DNA of 64,000 bases from Thermoplasmatota archaeon (GCA_040751795.1 JBFMHR010000003.1:64001-128000), one strand, 5' to 3'; shown: positions 18,989 through 28,829, counted from the first letter of the stretch. Made by a program: numbers and translations. The notes: a model not told the origin generated them from the letters alone.

Positions 18989-20001
18989 TAGAGGTCGACG
19001 GGTCGCACGGCGAGGGCGGAGGGCAGGTCCTCAGGACCGCCGTCTCGCTCTCGGCGGTGCTCCGCGAGCCGGTCCGCATAACCGGGATCAGGTCGGGGAG
19101 GCCGAACCCCGGGCTCGCGGCGCAGCACGTGACAGGGGTCATGGCCGTGGCGGAGCTCTGCGACGCCGAGGTCGACGGGGTCCACGTCGGCTCCAAGGAG
19201 GTCGTGTTCCGGCCGGGCGAACTCACCGGCGGGGAGTTCGAGTTCGACGTCGGGACGGCGGGCAGCACGTCCCTCGTGCTCCAGACCTGCATCCTCCCCG
19301 CGGCGATGTCCAAGGCGCCTGTCCGCATGACCATCATGGGCGGAACAGACACGAAGTGGTCCCCGCCCATCGACTACATGAGGCTCGTGCACCTGCCCAT
19401 CGTCGAGCGGATGGGCGTCCCCTGCGAGATCGATCTGGTGCGCAGGGGTTTCTACCCCGAGGGAGGAGGGGAGGTGACGGCGCTGATCGGACGGTGCGCG
19501 GACCTCAGGGGCATCGAGGTCGCCGAGAAGGGGGACCTCGTCGGGGTGGCCGGCGTCGCCTACGCCCAGAACCTCCCGGAGCATGTGGTCACCAGGCTCA
19601 AGCACTCCGTCCTAAAGGGCCTCGTGGGGCATGCGGAGGCGAAGGTGGAGTCGGACATCCGAACGGGCAGGAGCACCGGCGCAGGGGTGGTGCTCGCCGC
19701 GAGGTACGGCAACACGGTCATCGGGGAGTCGGCCCTCGGCCAGAGGGGTGTCAGGGCCGAGACGCTCGGGGAGGCCTGCGCATCAGGCCTCGTGGAGACC
19801 ATGCTCTCCGGCGCCACGGTGGACGAGCACATGCTCGACCAGCTGGTCCCTTACATTGCCCTGGCCAAGGGCGGTTCGGCCGTGGTCGCGGAGGAGCTGA
19901 CGGGGCACGCCGAGACGAACATCTGGGTCGCGGAGAGGTTCCTGGGAGGCAGGTTCAGAATCGCCAGGCGGGGCGGGCTGGTCGAGGTCAGGGCCGACTA
20001 G
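18985..20001 (+). CDS. rtcA: RNA 3'-terminal phosphate cyclase
   Basis: DGSHGEGGGQVLR, GRPNPGLAAQH, RGFYPEGGG, DEHMLDQL, catalytic TGHAETN; ATGA overlap with the MFS gene. Confidence 0.95.
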   Translation: MIEVDGSHGEGGGQVLRTAVSLSAVLREPVRITGIRSGRPNPGLAAQHVTGVMAVAELCDAEVDGVHVGSKEVVFRPGELTGGEFEFDVGTAGSTSLVLQTCILPAAMSKAPVRMTIMGGTDTKWSPPIDYMRLVHLPIVERMGVPCEIDLVRRGFYPEGGGEVTALIGRCADLRGIEVAEKGDLVGVAGVAYAQNLPEHVVTRLKHSVLKGLVGHAEAKVESDIRTGRSTGAGVVLAARYGNTVIGESALGQRGVRAETLGEACASGLVETMLSGATVDEHMLDQLVPYIALAKGGSAVVAEELTGHAETNIWVAERFLGGRFRIARRGGLVEVRAD

Positions 20002-20768
20002 CCGTACATGTTCGGCCTGGCCGCTGTCTTGTCGCCCTTCTTGACCACGGCCTGCTTCTGTATCTCCCTGATGTGCTCCTCTATGCGCTTGGCCTCCTCG
20101 AAGAGGGGCTTCGCGTCGAACTCGACTCCGAGCAGGATGTCGTCTATGGCCTCCAGCACCAGGGCGGCGGCCTTGGCGTCCGGGAAGTCCGGGTGGGCCT
20201 CGGCCAGCAGGGTCACCACGTCGAAGTCGCGCTTCCGGCCCTCGTTGAGCAGGACGCCCGCCACTCCCGAGATGACGCCCTCCTCGAACTGGCGGATGCC
20301 GTTCTCCTTCAGGAGCTCGCGGGCCCTGGGGGTGCTCGCTATGCCGAACACGACGTTGGATATGTCGGCACTGTCCCGGATCTCCGGGTCCAGGACCAGG
20401 CCCTCCGGGGACACGATCATCCTGCACCTCTGCTCCACCGCCCAGTCGACGAGGACGCGCGATATGGGACGGACGAGGTTCGGGGGCGCCTGGAACTCGG
20501 AGATGAAGGCGACCAGCTGGTCACCGCGGGGGCCCTTGTCGCCGGCGTAGATCCTCACGGGGCTGAGCGGGACCGCGTCGCGGATGAGCGACACCGTCGG
20601 GAACTGAGGGGAGTCCATTATGCCTATGTGCTCCATCTTCAGGACCTTGATGAGGTAGTTCGCGGATATCGAGCTCACGAGGCCCACGCTGGGGAAGCCG
20701 TCGATTATCGTCGCCCCCCGCAGGTCCTTCTTCTTCAGCTCGAATATGCGGATGTCGTTCTCGTCCAT
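19998..20768 (-). CDS. PAC2 family proteasome assembly chaperone-like protein
   Basis: IIDGFPSVGLVSSI, GVISGVAGVLL, PDAKAAA, C-terminal MYG; start ATG 20768. Confidence 0.88.
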   Translation of the reverse strand: MDENDIRIFELKKKDLRGATIIDGFPSVGLVSSISANYLIKVLKMEHIGIMDSPQFPTVSLIRDAVPLSPVRIYAGDKGPRGDQLVAFISEFQAPPNLVRPISRVLVDWAVEQRCRMIVSPEGLVLDPEIRDSADISNVVFGIASTPRARELLKENGIRQFEEGVISGVAGVLLNEGRKRDFDVVTLLAEAHPDFPDAKAAALVLEAIDDILLGVEFDAKPLFEEAKRIEEHIREIQKQAVVKKGDKTAARPNMYG

Positions 20769-20955
20769 CAGCCTGGGAATGAGGCGGAGCACTCATAAAT
20801 GTTCGGTGCACGGGCGGCGACGTGCCCCGCGCGCCCGGGGGACGGGCCAGCGCTTCCCGGGGCCGCCGCGTGCGCTGACCGCCCTTCCTTCCTCCGACAA
20901 GAAATACGGTGCGAAGGGTTATTACGCGGCCGGACGTTCTTCGGGCGGGTAGGGT

Positions 20956-21588
20956 TTGAAGACAATCATCAACTGCGCAATGTCCGCAGACGGCAAGATC
21001 GCGCTCAGGTCGAGGAGGCAGACCACGATCTCCGACGACGAGGACAAGAGGCGCGTCCACAAGCTGAGGAACTCGGTCGACGCGATCCTCGTGGGGGTAG
21101 ACACGGTCATCTCTGACGACCCCAAACTCACGGTCAACGAGAAGTACGTCAGGGGGCCGAAGCACCCGGTCAGGGTCGTCCTCGACTCCGACGGGAGGAC
21201 GCCCGCCGGGGCGCTGGTGCTGAACGGGGCCTCGAGGACCATCATAGTCACGAACGAACACGCCACCGCCACGTTCCCCAACGCCGAGGTCGTCAGGTGC
21301 GGGAAGGACGAGGTCGACCTCGTGCGCCTGATGCCCCTCCTGGAGGCGCAGGGGATCCACAAGCTCCTGGTCGAGGGGGGCTCGAAGGTAATCTGGTCGT
21401 TCCTGAGGACGAGGCTCGCGGACGAGGTCTACATATTCATAGGGAGCATGGTCATAGGAGGGGACGCCTCCCCGACGCCCGCCGGAGGGCAGGGCGCGGC
21501 CGACGAGAAGGACATAGTCCAGCTCAGGCTGAAGGGGGCCGAGGTGCTCGGGAGCGGCGTCCTGGTGAGGTACGAGGTGGTGAAGTGA
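20956..21588 (+). CDS. arfC: 2,5-diamino-6-ribosylamino-4(3H)-pyrimidinone 5'-phosphate reductase (RibD C-terminal domain)
   Basis: AMSADGKIA, DAILVG..TV..DDPKLTV, LLVEGG. Confidence 0.9.
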   Translation: MKTIINCAMSADGKIALRSRRQTTISDDEDKRRVHKLRNSVDAILVGVDTVISDDPKLTVNEKYVRGPKHPVRVVLDSDGRTPAGALVLNGASRTIIVTNEHATATFPNAEVVRCGKDEVDLVRLMPLLEAQGIHKLLVEGGSKVIWSFLRTRLADEVYIFIGSMVIGGDASPTPAGGQGAADEKDIVQLRLKGAEVLGSGVLVRYEVVK

Positions 21589-22049
21589 CCGACGAGTCGG
21601 CCAAGCCCAGGTTCATAGCGGACCACATGCTCGGGTCCCTCGCGAAGTGGCTGCGGATGATCGGGTACGACACGGTCTACGACAAGAAGCTGGACGACCC
21701 GGCCATCGCGGCGACGGCGAGGGCGGAGAACAGGTTCGTCCTCACGAGGGACAAGGAGCTCTCCAAGGAGCCCGGCGCCCTCTTCATCGAGAGCGACGAG
21801 CTCGACGCGCAGCTCTCGGCCGTCAGGGAGAGGTTCGGCCTGGCCTTCGACGAGGCCGCCATACGCTGCACCGCCTGCAACGGCGAGCTGGTAGACATGC
21901 CCAAGGAGGAGGCGAAGGGCTCCGTGCCCGAGGGCGCCTTCGCCGGGAACGACAGGTTCTGGAAGTGCGCCGGCTGCGGCAAGGTGTACTGGCGCGGCTC
22001 CCACTGGCGCGGGATAACCGAGCGGCTGAAGAAGCTCAACCTCGCCTAG
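21585..22049 (+). CDS. Mut7-C RNase (PIN-like plus Zn ribbon) domain protein
   Basis: FIADHMLGSLAKWLRMIGYD, LTRD, RCTACNG, CAGCGKVYWRGSH; GTGA overlap. Confidence 0.92.
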   Translation: MTDESAKPRFIADHMLGSLAKWLRMIGYDTVYDKKLDDPAIAATARAENRFVLTRDKELSKEPGALFIESDELDAQLSAVRERFGLAFDEAAIRCTACNGELVDMPKEEAKGSVPEGAFAGNDRFWKCAGCGKVYWRGSHWRGITERLKKLNLA

Positions 22050-22983
22050 CCTCTGGCCCGTGCAGGTGCTCGCTGATGATCTTCCCGCTCGAGGAGTTCA
22101 CTATCATGGCCCCGCCCTTCCCCTCGACGCACCAGACGGGGAGGTAGACGAGCCCCTTCGGCTCCACGACCATCGGGTCCTTCTGGGGCCTCTTCCTCTC
22201 TATGATCTCCGAGTGGCCGAAGTCCCTGACCTCCTCGGTGAAGGACCTGTACTCCTTCGCGATGGCCTCCCGCGCGAGCTCGCTGGCCTTCTCCTGCTCG
22301 ACCTTGGGCTCCCTGCGTGTGTGCTGCGCGTCTATGGAGTCGACGAGCTCGAAGCCCCAGCGCCATGTCTCGATCTGGCCCGTGAGGGCGTTGACCGCCA
22401 CTATCCCGGCCCTCTGCTTGCCGTCGTCGATGTTCAGGACGTAGTGGAAGAGGTAGTGCGGGACCAGCTCGAGCTCGTACCTGTAGCCCTGGACCTCGTG
22501 CCTGGCCAGGTACTTCACGTCCTCGAGCGAGAAGTTCGGCCTCACGATCCTCTCCGACCTCTCGACGGCGCTCTCGACTATGATGGGGATCGACTGCTCC
22601 GGGGGCTCTGCGGGCCTCTGGGGGAGCTCGTCCGAGATGACCTCGTCCAGGAGGCTCTTGATGGCGTCCTCCCCGAGGGACCTGAGGTGCATGCTCCCTA
22701 TCTCGTGCTCCACGTCCTCCCGGTCCCAGTAGTATATGCCCCGCTTCTGGAGGAGAGACTGGACGTTGTCGTCGACCTTCCCGATCGAGGCGACGATCTT
22801 CCGGCCGTGGAAGTCCGCCACGTTCCTGACGAAGTCGTCGACGTCCTCGGAGAGCATGTCGCTCGCCGCCATGACGACGACCGAGACGTCCTCCCTCGAG
22901 CCGTACAGGTAGCCGTCCTTCTCGACTACCTCGAAGTCCCTGGACCGCAGGATCTCCGTCAGATGGTCCTTGAGGGTGTTCAC
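22036..22983 (-). CDS. Hypothetical protein with possible degenerate Mrr/restriction-endonuclease-like N-terminal domain
   Basis: ILRSRDFEV...GRKIVASIG...IYYWDREDVE resembles the Mrr fold; C-terminal half has duplicated VPHY/LPVW...VN elements. Confidence 0.55.
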   Translation of the reverse strand: MNTLKDHLTEILRSRDFEVVEKDGYLYGSREDVSVVVMAASDMLSEDVDDFVRNVADFHGRKIVASIGKVDDNVQSLLQKRGIYYWDREDVEHEIGSMHLRSLGEDAIKSLLDEVISDELPQRPAEPPEQSIPIIVESAVERSERIVRPNFSLEDVKYLARHEVQGYRYELELVPHYLFHYVLNIDDGKQRAGIVAVNALTGQIETWRWGFELVDSIDAQHTRREPKVEQEKASELAREAIAKEYRSFTEEVRDFGHSEIIERKRPQKDPMVVEPKGLVYLPVWCVEGKGGAMIVNSSSGKIISEHLHGPEARRG

Positions 22984-23074
22984 CCGCTCCCCCGACCTTG
23001 AACGCGCAGTCCCGATAAAAGGCTATTGAAGCGCCTGGCCCCTACAAAGTTAATTACGCCCCCGGGGCGGTTAC

Positions 23075-23527
23075 GTGCCGTGGCGGCCGCCAGGCCGCCT
23101 GGGAGGGACCGTCCTGAACCTGAGGACCCTGGCCCCCGTGGGCCTCTTCATAGCCGGGGTCGCGTGCATCGCGGCCTCGGTCGCCGCAGGGGAGACCGAG
23201 GTCTCCCTGCTCATCATATTCCCCGTGTTCAGCGGGTCCAGCGGCCTGTTCCTGCTTGGGACGGCCCTCGTCGTCTTCGGCTTCATAGCCGGGTTCATGG
23301 CCCTCATGGTCGGGCAGGCCGAGCTGGCCGGCGCGACCTTCGGCCCTGCCGGGGGCGCCACCGCGAGCGGGAACGCCAAGAGGGAGACCAAATACGGAGG
23401 GGTCGTGCTGATCGGGCCCGTTCCCATCGCGTTCGGCTCCGACAGGAGCATGGCCCTCGCGATGCTCGTCCTGGGCATCATATTGGCGGTCGCCGCGCTA
23501 GTCGCCCTCGCCCTTCTCCTCGGCTAG
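23075..23527 (+). CDS. DUF131 (TIGR00304-like) membrane protein
   Basis: YGGVVLIGPVPIAFGSD signature; start codon uncertain. Confidence 0.85.
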   Translation: MPWRPPGRLGGTVLNLRTLAPVGLFIAGVACIAASVAAGETEVSLLIIFPVFSGSSGLFLLGTALVVFGFIAGFMALMVGQAELAGATFGPAGGATASGNAKRETKYGGVVLIGPVPIAFGSDRSMALAMLVLGIILAVAALVALALLLG

Positions 23528-23719
23528 GGACTCCGCGGCCTCGTCGGGGGTGACCTTGCGCGAGGAGGCGACATCCCTCACCGCGCTCATGACCTGGATG
23601 TACCTCGAGAAGTCCAGGCCCCGCCTCCTCACGGTCCTGCCTATCGCGCGCTCTATGGTCTCGTCCCTGAGCCTGGTCTGGACGGCCTCCTTCACGATGG
23701 AGACTGTCTCCGGGTCCAT
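23498..23719 (-). CDS. Small hypothetical protein, 73 aa
   Basis: ATG 3 nt after the guaAA stop; protein-like composition. Confidence 0.65.
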   Translation of the reverse strand: MDPETVSIVKEAVQTRLRDETIERAIGRTVRRRGLDFSRYIQVMSAVRDVASSRKVTPDEAAESLAEEKGEGD

Positions 23720-23722
23720 GCC

Positions 23723-24298
23723 TCAGACCTTCTTGTGCGCCTGGCAGACGTCCACGAACGCCTGGAAGATCTCGTAGCCGTTGTCCGTGTGCTCCACCTC
23801 CGGGTGGAACTGCACGCCGAAGAGCGGCTTCTCCCTGTGCCTCATGGCCTGGATGGCGCAGTTGTCCGAGTGGGCGAGCGCGACGAAGCCCTGGGGCATC
23901 TCCGTGACCTCGTCGTTGTGCGACTCCCACGCCACTATCGTCGGGGGGAGCCCCTTGAAGATCTCGTCCTCGTCGTCGATGTTCACGAGGGTCTTCCCGA
24001 ACTCCGGGATCTTGGAGGGACCGGCCTTGCCCCCGAGGTGGGCGGCCATGAACTGGTGGCCCGCGCAGATCCCCATCACGGGGACCCCGGACCTGTCGAT
24101 GTAGTCGCCGCACCTGCCCATGGCCTCGGCGTTCAGCCCGACCCGCGGCGAGCCGCCCGAGAGGACGAGCCCGTCGGCCTTGATGCTCTCGAGGGGCGTG
24201 GTGTTCGGGACGATCTCGCACTCGACCCCAAGGTCCCTTAGGACCCTCCACTCCCTGTGGGTCCACTGACCGCCGTTGTCGATGACCAGGATGCGCAT
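23723..24298 (-). CDS. guaAA: GMP synthase glutamine amidotransferase subunit A
   Basis: DNGGQWTHR, GICAGHQ, SHNDEV, QFHPEV. Confidence 0.95.
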   Translation of the reverse strand: MRILVIDNGGQWTHREWRVLRDLGVECEIVPNTTPLESIKADGLVLSGGSPRVGLNAEAMGRCGDYIDRSGVPVMGICAGHQFMAAHLGGKAGPSKIPEFGKTLVNIDDEDEIFKGLPPTIVAWESHNDEVTEMPQGFVALAHSDNCAIQAMRHREKPLFGVQFHPEVEHTDNGYEIFQAFVDVCQAHKKV

Positions 24299-24467
24299 GC
24301 CCCTGTGAACACCGGGTCAATATTTAGGCTCTGCTGAGCGCCCCCGGGCCGCAGTGGGAAGAACTTCGAACGCGGGGAGTGCCAGGGTGCCGTCCCGCCC
24401 GCGCGCGACTATATAAAGAGGGGTTAAATGCGCGGCGGGCCCCGGTGAAGGCCGTTCTCTCCCGGGC

Positions 24468-25415
24468 TCACTCCCACTCGATGGTCGCCGGGGGCTTGTC
24501 CGTTATGTCGTACACGACCCTGTTGACCTTGTCCTTCATCGAGTTGGTGATCCTGCAGGAGATCGCCTCGAGCACGTCGTGGGGGATCTTCGCGTACACC
24601 GCCGACATCGCGTCGACGGAGTCGACGGCCCTGACGGCGACCGTGTACCCGTACGCCCTGATGTCCCCCTGCACGCCGACGCTCCTGACCGGGAGCAGGA
24701 CCGCGAAGTACTGCCACGGGAGCCTCATCTTCCCCGCGGCCGCGGCCTTCTCGATCTCCTCCTCCGCTATGGCGCACGCCTCGCGCACTATGGCGACCGA
24801 CTCCCTCGTCGGCTCGCCCATTACCCTTATCGCGAGCGCGGGCCCGGGGAACGGCTGCTTCTCGGCCACCTCGATCTTCAGGGCGCGCGCGACCTTCCGC
24901 ACCTCGTCCTTGTAGAGGTCCCTGAGAGGCTCCACGAGCTTGAGGTGCATGTCCGCGGGGAGGCCGCCGACGTTGTGGTGCGACTTGATCGTGTCCCTGA
25001 GGCCGCCGCCGCTCTCGATCCAGTCCGGGGCGATGGTCCCCTGGACCAGGTACTGCGCGTCGAACTTCCTCGCCTCGCGCTCGAAGACGCGGATGAACTT
25101 CTCGCCGATTATCTTGCGCTTCCTCTCGGGGTCGGTGACGCCCTTGAGGGCGTCGAAGTACTCGTCGCTGGCGTCCACGACCCTGTGGTTCACGCCCAGC
25201 CTCGAGAGCATCTTGTCGACGTTCGCCGTCTCGCCCTTCCTCATGAACCCCGTGTCGACGTAGATCGCGAGGAGGCGGTCGCCGAGCGCCCTGCTGACCA
25301 GGGCGGCGCACACGGTGCTGTCGACCCCGCCAGACGCGGCGATGATCGCCCTGCCCTTGACATCCTCCCCGACCTTCTTGACCTGCTGGTCGATGAACTT
25401 CTCCGCGTCGAACAT
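24468..25415 (-). CDS. guaAB: GMP synthase subunit B
   Basis: SGGVDS, QGTIAPDWIES, IKSHHNVGGLP, KPPATIEWE. Confidence 0.96.
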   Translation of the reverse strand: MFDAEKFIDQQVKKVGEDVKGRAIIAASGGVDSTVCAALVSRALGDRLLAIYVDTGFMRKGETANVDKMLSRLGVNHRVVDASDEYFDALKGVTDPERKRKIIGEKFIRVFEREARKFDAQYLVQGTIAPDWIESGGGLRDTIKSHHNVGGLPADMHLKLVEPLRDLYKDEVRKVARALKIEVAEKQPFPGPALAIRVMGEPTRESVAIVREACAIAEEEIEKAAAAGKMRLPWQYFAVLLPVRSVGVQGDIRAYGYTVAVRAVDSVDAMSAVYAKIPHDVLEAISCRITNSMKDKVNRVVYDITDKPPATIEWE

Positions 25416-25880
25416 CTAGACCTCAACTTCCTTGGAGTCCTGGATGACCTTGTCCCTGAGCCTCTGGCGGTAATCCGCGAGGGCCTTCCCGACCTTCGCG
25501 TCCTTGAGCGCGAGTATCTGGGCCGCGAGTATCGCGGCGTTGTCGCCGCGGTCCAGCCCCACGCCCGCGACGGGTATCCCCGGCGGCATCTGCACGACCG
25601 AGAGGATCGCGTCGAGGTTGAGGGCACCGCTCACCGGGACGCCTATGACAGGCTTGACGGTCCGCGACGCTATGACGCCCGGGAGCGCGGCCGAGAGCCC
25701 CGCGATGGCGATGAAGACCTCGGCGTCCGCCTCGCTGACGAGGCGCTCGACGAGCTCCGGCGTCCTGTGGGCGCTGGCGACGCTGAGCCTGTAGGGTATC
25801 CCGAGCTCCTTGAGGACCGAGACCGCCTTCTCGGCAACCTTCATGTCGCTCTTGCTGCCCAAAACAATCTGGACGCTCAT
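25416..25880 (-). CDS. purE: N5-carboxyaminoimidazole ribonucleotide mutase / AIR carboxylase
   Basis: [30 protein letters not shown]. Confidence 0.95.
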   Translation of the reverse strand: MSVQIVLGSKSDMKVAEKAVSVLKELGIPYRLSVASAHRTPELVERLVSEADAEVFIAIAGLSAALPGVIASRTVKPVIGVPVSGALNLDAILSVVQMPPGIPVAGVGLDRGDNAAILAAQILALKDAKVGKALADYRQRLRDKVIQDSKEVEV

Positions 25881-25932
25881 GTGAAAGGTAGAAGAACGGT
25901 TTGTAGAAAAAGGTTTGCGTCTAGCGCCCCGC

Positions 25933-26229
25933 TCACGACTTCATTATCGCGACGAGGAACACGCCGACCGCCGCGAGGGCGCCTATCAGGCCCGCGACGA
26001 TGAACAGGAACGCGTCCCAGATGACCTTGCCGAGGTCGACGTCGAGCACGTCGACGGAGTCGAGGCAGAGGACGCCCCAGACGACCCCCACGACCAGCCC
26101 GACGACCAGCAGGACGACGCCTATCATGCGGCTCTTCCCGCTGCCGAAGTAGGCAGTGAATATGCCCGCGAGCAGCATGAAGAGCCCGAATACCATTATC
26201 AGCACTGTCAGGAAATCCATTGGATCCAT
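25933..26229 (-). CDS. Small three-TM membrane protein
   Basis: [11 protein letters not shown] between hydrophobic helices; GGTGAG SD. Confidence 0.75.
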   Translation of the reverse strand: MDPMDFLTVLIMVFGLFMLLAGIFTAYFGSGKSRMIGVVLLVVGLVVGVVWGVLCLDSVDVLDVDLGKVIWDAFLFIVAGLIGALAAVGVFLVAIMKS

Positions 26230-26257
26230 CGTATCTCACCCACTTTCCGGCACATGT

Positions 26258-26491
26258 CTAGAACTTGATCCCGGTCAAGGTCTTGGTGTCGATGACGCCT
26301 GGAATCGAGCGGACCTTGTCGACAACGACCTGCCCCAGCAGGTTGAAGTCCTCCGCCTCGATCTTCGCGATCAGGTCGTACTCCCCGAAGAGAGGGTGCA
26401 ACTCCACGACTTCCTTGACCTTCAGGAGCTCGTTGTAGACCTCGTGCTCTTTCGCTGGCGCGGTACTTATCAGTATAAATCCCACGGCCAT
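26258..26491 (-). CDS. Lrp/AsnC ligand-binding (RAM) domain protein without HTH
   Basis: AVGFILI...LFGEYDLIAKIE...IPGVIDTKTL; GGTGAG SD before ATG 26491. Confidence 0.9.
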   Translation of the reverse strand: MAVGFILISTAPAKEHEVYNELLKVKEVVELHPLFGEYDLIAKIEAEDFNLLGQVVVDKVRSIPGVIDTKTLTGIKF

Positions 26492-26578
26492 CTGGTGCTC
26501 ACCGCGCTGTATAATGGGATATCCTTTCATAAACCTTTCGGGATTCCGTGCAATGAGCCAGATTTCTGGCGCAGCGCG

Positions 26579-27502
26579 CTACACGTGCTTCCTGCGCGCG
26601 GCGCGCCTCTGCACCATGTCCCAGCTCGGCAGCGAGCTCTGCGCGCCGACGCTCTCGACGATGAAAGAGGCCGTCGACGCGCCTATCCAGGCGCACTCCT
26701 CCATCGGCAGCGACTTCGACAGGCCCGCGTAGAACCCGGCCCTGAAGCCGTCCCCGGCGCCGGTGGTGTCCACCACCTTGTCGGGCTGGATGCTCCCCAC
26801 CAGGACGTCGTCGTCCCCGGTCAGGATCCTGCTCCCCTCCCCCCCCATGGTGACGACCAGCATCTTGACGTACGAGAGGAGCTCCGCGTCCTCCTCCAGG
26901 TTGAGGTACTCCTTGGCCCTGTGCAACTCGGAGGTGTTGACGAACAGGCCGTCGCAGTGCTCCAGAACGGCCCTGAACGACTGCGGGTCGTAGACGTAGT
27001 GGAGCTCCTGGGCCGGGTCGAAGCAGACGGTCTTCTTCCTCGCCTTGGCGCGCCTCGCGACCTTCAGCATGTAGGAGGGCCTCCCCGTCCCGACATGGAC
27101 GAACCTCGAGGAGTCGGCCGTGTGGGTGCGAATGGGGAGCCGGTCCTGCTCGAGCACCGCCCCCTGCTCCACGAAGCCGATCTGGTTGTGCCCCGCGTCG
27201 GAGACCATGATCACGAAGGGCGTCCTCTTGCCCCTCACCTTGACCACGTCCGTGGTGTCTATGCCGCTGCCCTTGAGCGCGTCCATGAAGTCCTTCGGGA
27301 AGTCGTCGCCGACGTGGCTCGCGAGCGCGGTGGGGACGCCGAGCGTCGCAGCGATCCTCGCGAGGTTCGCCCCCGTGCCGCCGTACAGCTCCCTCCTCCC
27401 CTTCAGCTCCACGCATGTGTTCGGCTCGGGGAACCGGTCGGAAGAGTAGATCAGGTCCACGGCCGTGTGGCCGTAGACTCCGAGGAAGTTAGCCTTGCGC
27501 AA
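26579..27502 (-). CDS. PfkB family carbohydrate/nucleoside kinase
   Basis: YGGTGAN, FDPAQE, DTTGAGDGFRAG. Confidence 0.9.
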   Translation of the reverse strand: MRKANFLGVYGHTAVDLIYSSDRFPEPNTCVELKGRRELYGGTGANLARIAATLGVPTALASHVGDDFPKDFMDALKGSGIDTTDVVKVRGKRTPFVIMVSDAGHNQIGFVEQGAVLEQDRLPIRTHTADSSRFVHVGTGRPSYMLKVARRAKARKKTVCFDPAQELHYVYDPQSFRAVLEHCDGLFVNTSELHRAKEYLNLEEDAELLSYVKMLVVTMGGEGSRILTGDDDVLVGSIQPDKVVDTTGAGDGFRAGFYAGLSKSLPMEECAWIGASTASFIVESVGAQSSLPSWDMVQRRAARRKHV

Positions 27503-27584
27503 GTGATGCTCCCCCTTGCCCTCCCGTATCGCCGCCGCCGTACTTGAAAAGTCGGGTTGCGCGGCCAGGGACCAGGGGGGGAGG

Positions 27585-28829
27585 CTATGTCCCCTCGCGC
27601 CAGCTCCGGACGTAGGACTGCTGGTCCTTGGAGAGCCTGTCTATCCTGACGCCCATGGTCTGGAGCTTGAGCCTCGCCACCTGGTCGTCGAGGTGGTCCG
27701 GGACGTCGTACACGTCGGGCTCGAGGGTCTGCGCGCTGAAGTCCAGGTATTCGAGGCACAGCGCCTGTATCGCGAAGCTCATGTCCATGATCTCGACCGG
27801 GTGCCCCTGGCCCGCGGCGAGGTTGACGAGCCTCCCCTCGGCCAGCAGGTAGACCCTCCTCCCGTCCCTGAGCACGAACTCCTCCACCGACTCCCTCACC
27901 TTCGAGTGGCGCTTGGAGAGCTTCAGGAGGGCCGCCTTGGAGATCTCGTTGTCGAAGTGGCCCGAGTTGGCCAGGACGCACCCGTCCTTCATCGCCCGGA
28001 TGTCCTCGGCCGTGACGACGTCCTTGCACCCCGTCGCGGAGACCACGATGTCCGCGTTCCTCACGGCCTGCGACATCGGCATCACCGCGAACCCGTCCAG
28101 CTTCGCCTCGATCGCCCGTATCGGGTCGACCTCGCACACGGTCACGTCGGCGCCCATGCCCTTGGCGCGCATGGCGATCCCGCGGCCGCACCAGCCGTAG
28201 CCGGCGACCACGAAGTTCTTTCCCGCTATGAGGAGGTTGGTGGAGTTCATGAACCCGTCCATGGTCGACTGGCCCGTGCCGTACCGGTTGTCGAAGAGGT
28301 ACTTCATGTAGGCGTCGTTGACGGACATGACCGGGAACCTGAGGGCGCCCTCCTGGGCCATGGCCCTGAGGCGCATGACCCCGGTCGTCGTCTCCTCGTT
28401 CGCCCCCTTGACCTTCGGCAGGAGCTCCTTCCTGTCCGTGTGAAGCAGGAATATGAGGTCCGCTCCGTCGTCGATGACGTAGTCTGGCCCCATGTCCAGG
28501 ACCTTGTTGAGCGATTTGTAGTAGTCCTTCGTGTTCTGGCCCTTCTTGGCGTAGGTCGTGAGGCCGTACTCCGCGTTCAGAGCCGCGGCGACCGAGTCGT
28601 CGGTCGACAACGGGTTGCAGCTAGTGAGCCGGACCTCGGCCCCCGCCTCCTGGATCGTGAGAGCCAGCACCGCGGTCTTCGCCTCCGTGTGCAGGGCCAT
28701 CCCGACCTTCAGGCCCTCGAAGGTCTTCTCCTTGACCATCCTGGACCTTATGCTTCCGAGGACCTTCATGTGCGTCCTCGCCCACTCGATGCGCCTGACG
28801 CCCTTCTCGACCAGTTCCTTGTTGGCCAT
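27585..28829 (-). CDS. ahcY: Adenosylhomocysteinase
   Basis: SCNPLST, DDGAD, EETTTG, FDNRYGTGQS, GYGWCGRG, GRLVNL, GHP; start ATG 28829. Confidence 0.97.
   Translation of the reverse strand: MANKELVEKGVRRIEWARTHMKVLGSIRSRMVKEKTFEGLKVGMALHTEAKTAVLALTIQEAGAEVRLTSCNPLSTDDSVAAALNAEYGLTTYAKKGQNTKDYYKSLNKVLDMGPDYVIDDGADLIFLLHTDRKELLPKVKGANEETTTGVMRLRAMAQEGALRFPVMSVNDAYMKYLFDNRYGTGQSTMDGFMNSTNLLIAGKNFVVAGYGWCGRGIAMRAKGMGADVTVCEVDPIRAIEAKLDGFAVMPMSQAVRNADIVVSATGCKDVVTAEDIRAMKDGCVLANSGHFDNEISKAALLKLSKRHSKVRESVEEFVLRDGRRVYLLAEGRLVNLAAGQGHPVEIMDMSFAIQALCLEYLDFSAQTLEPDVYDVPDHLDDQVARLKLQTMGVRIDRLSKDQQSYVRSWREGT

Noticed and set aside
26557-26570. Palindrome GCCAGA-TT-TCTGGC after the pfkB stop
   Set aside because: Short and single copy; cannot distinguish operator, terminator or chance.
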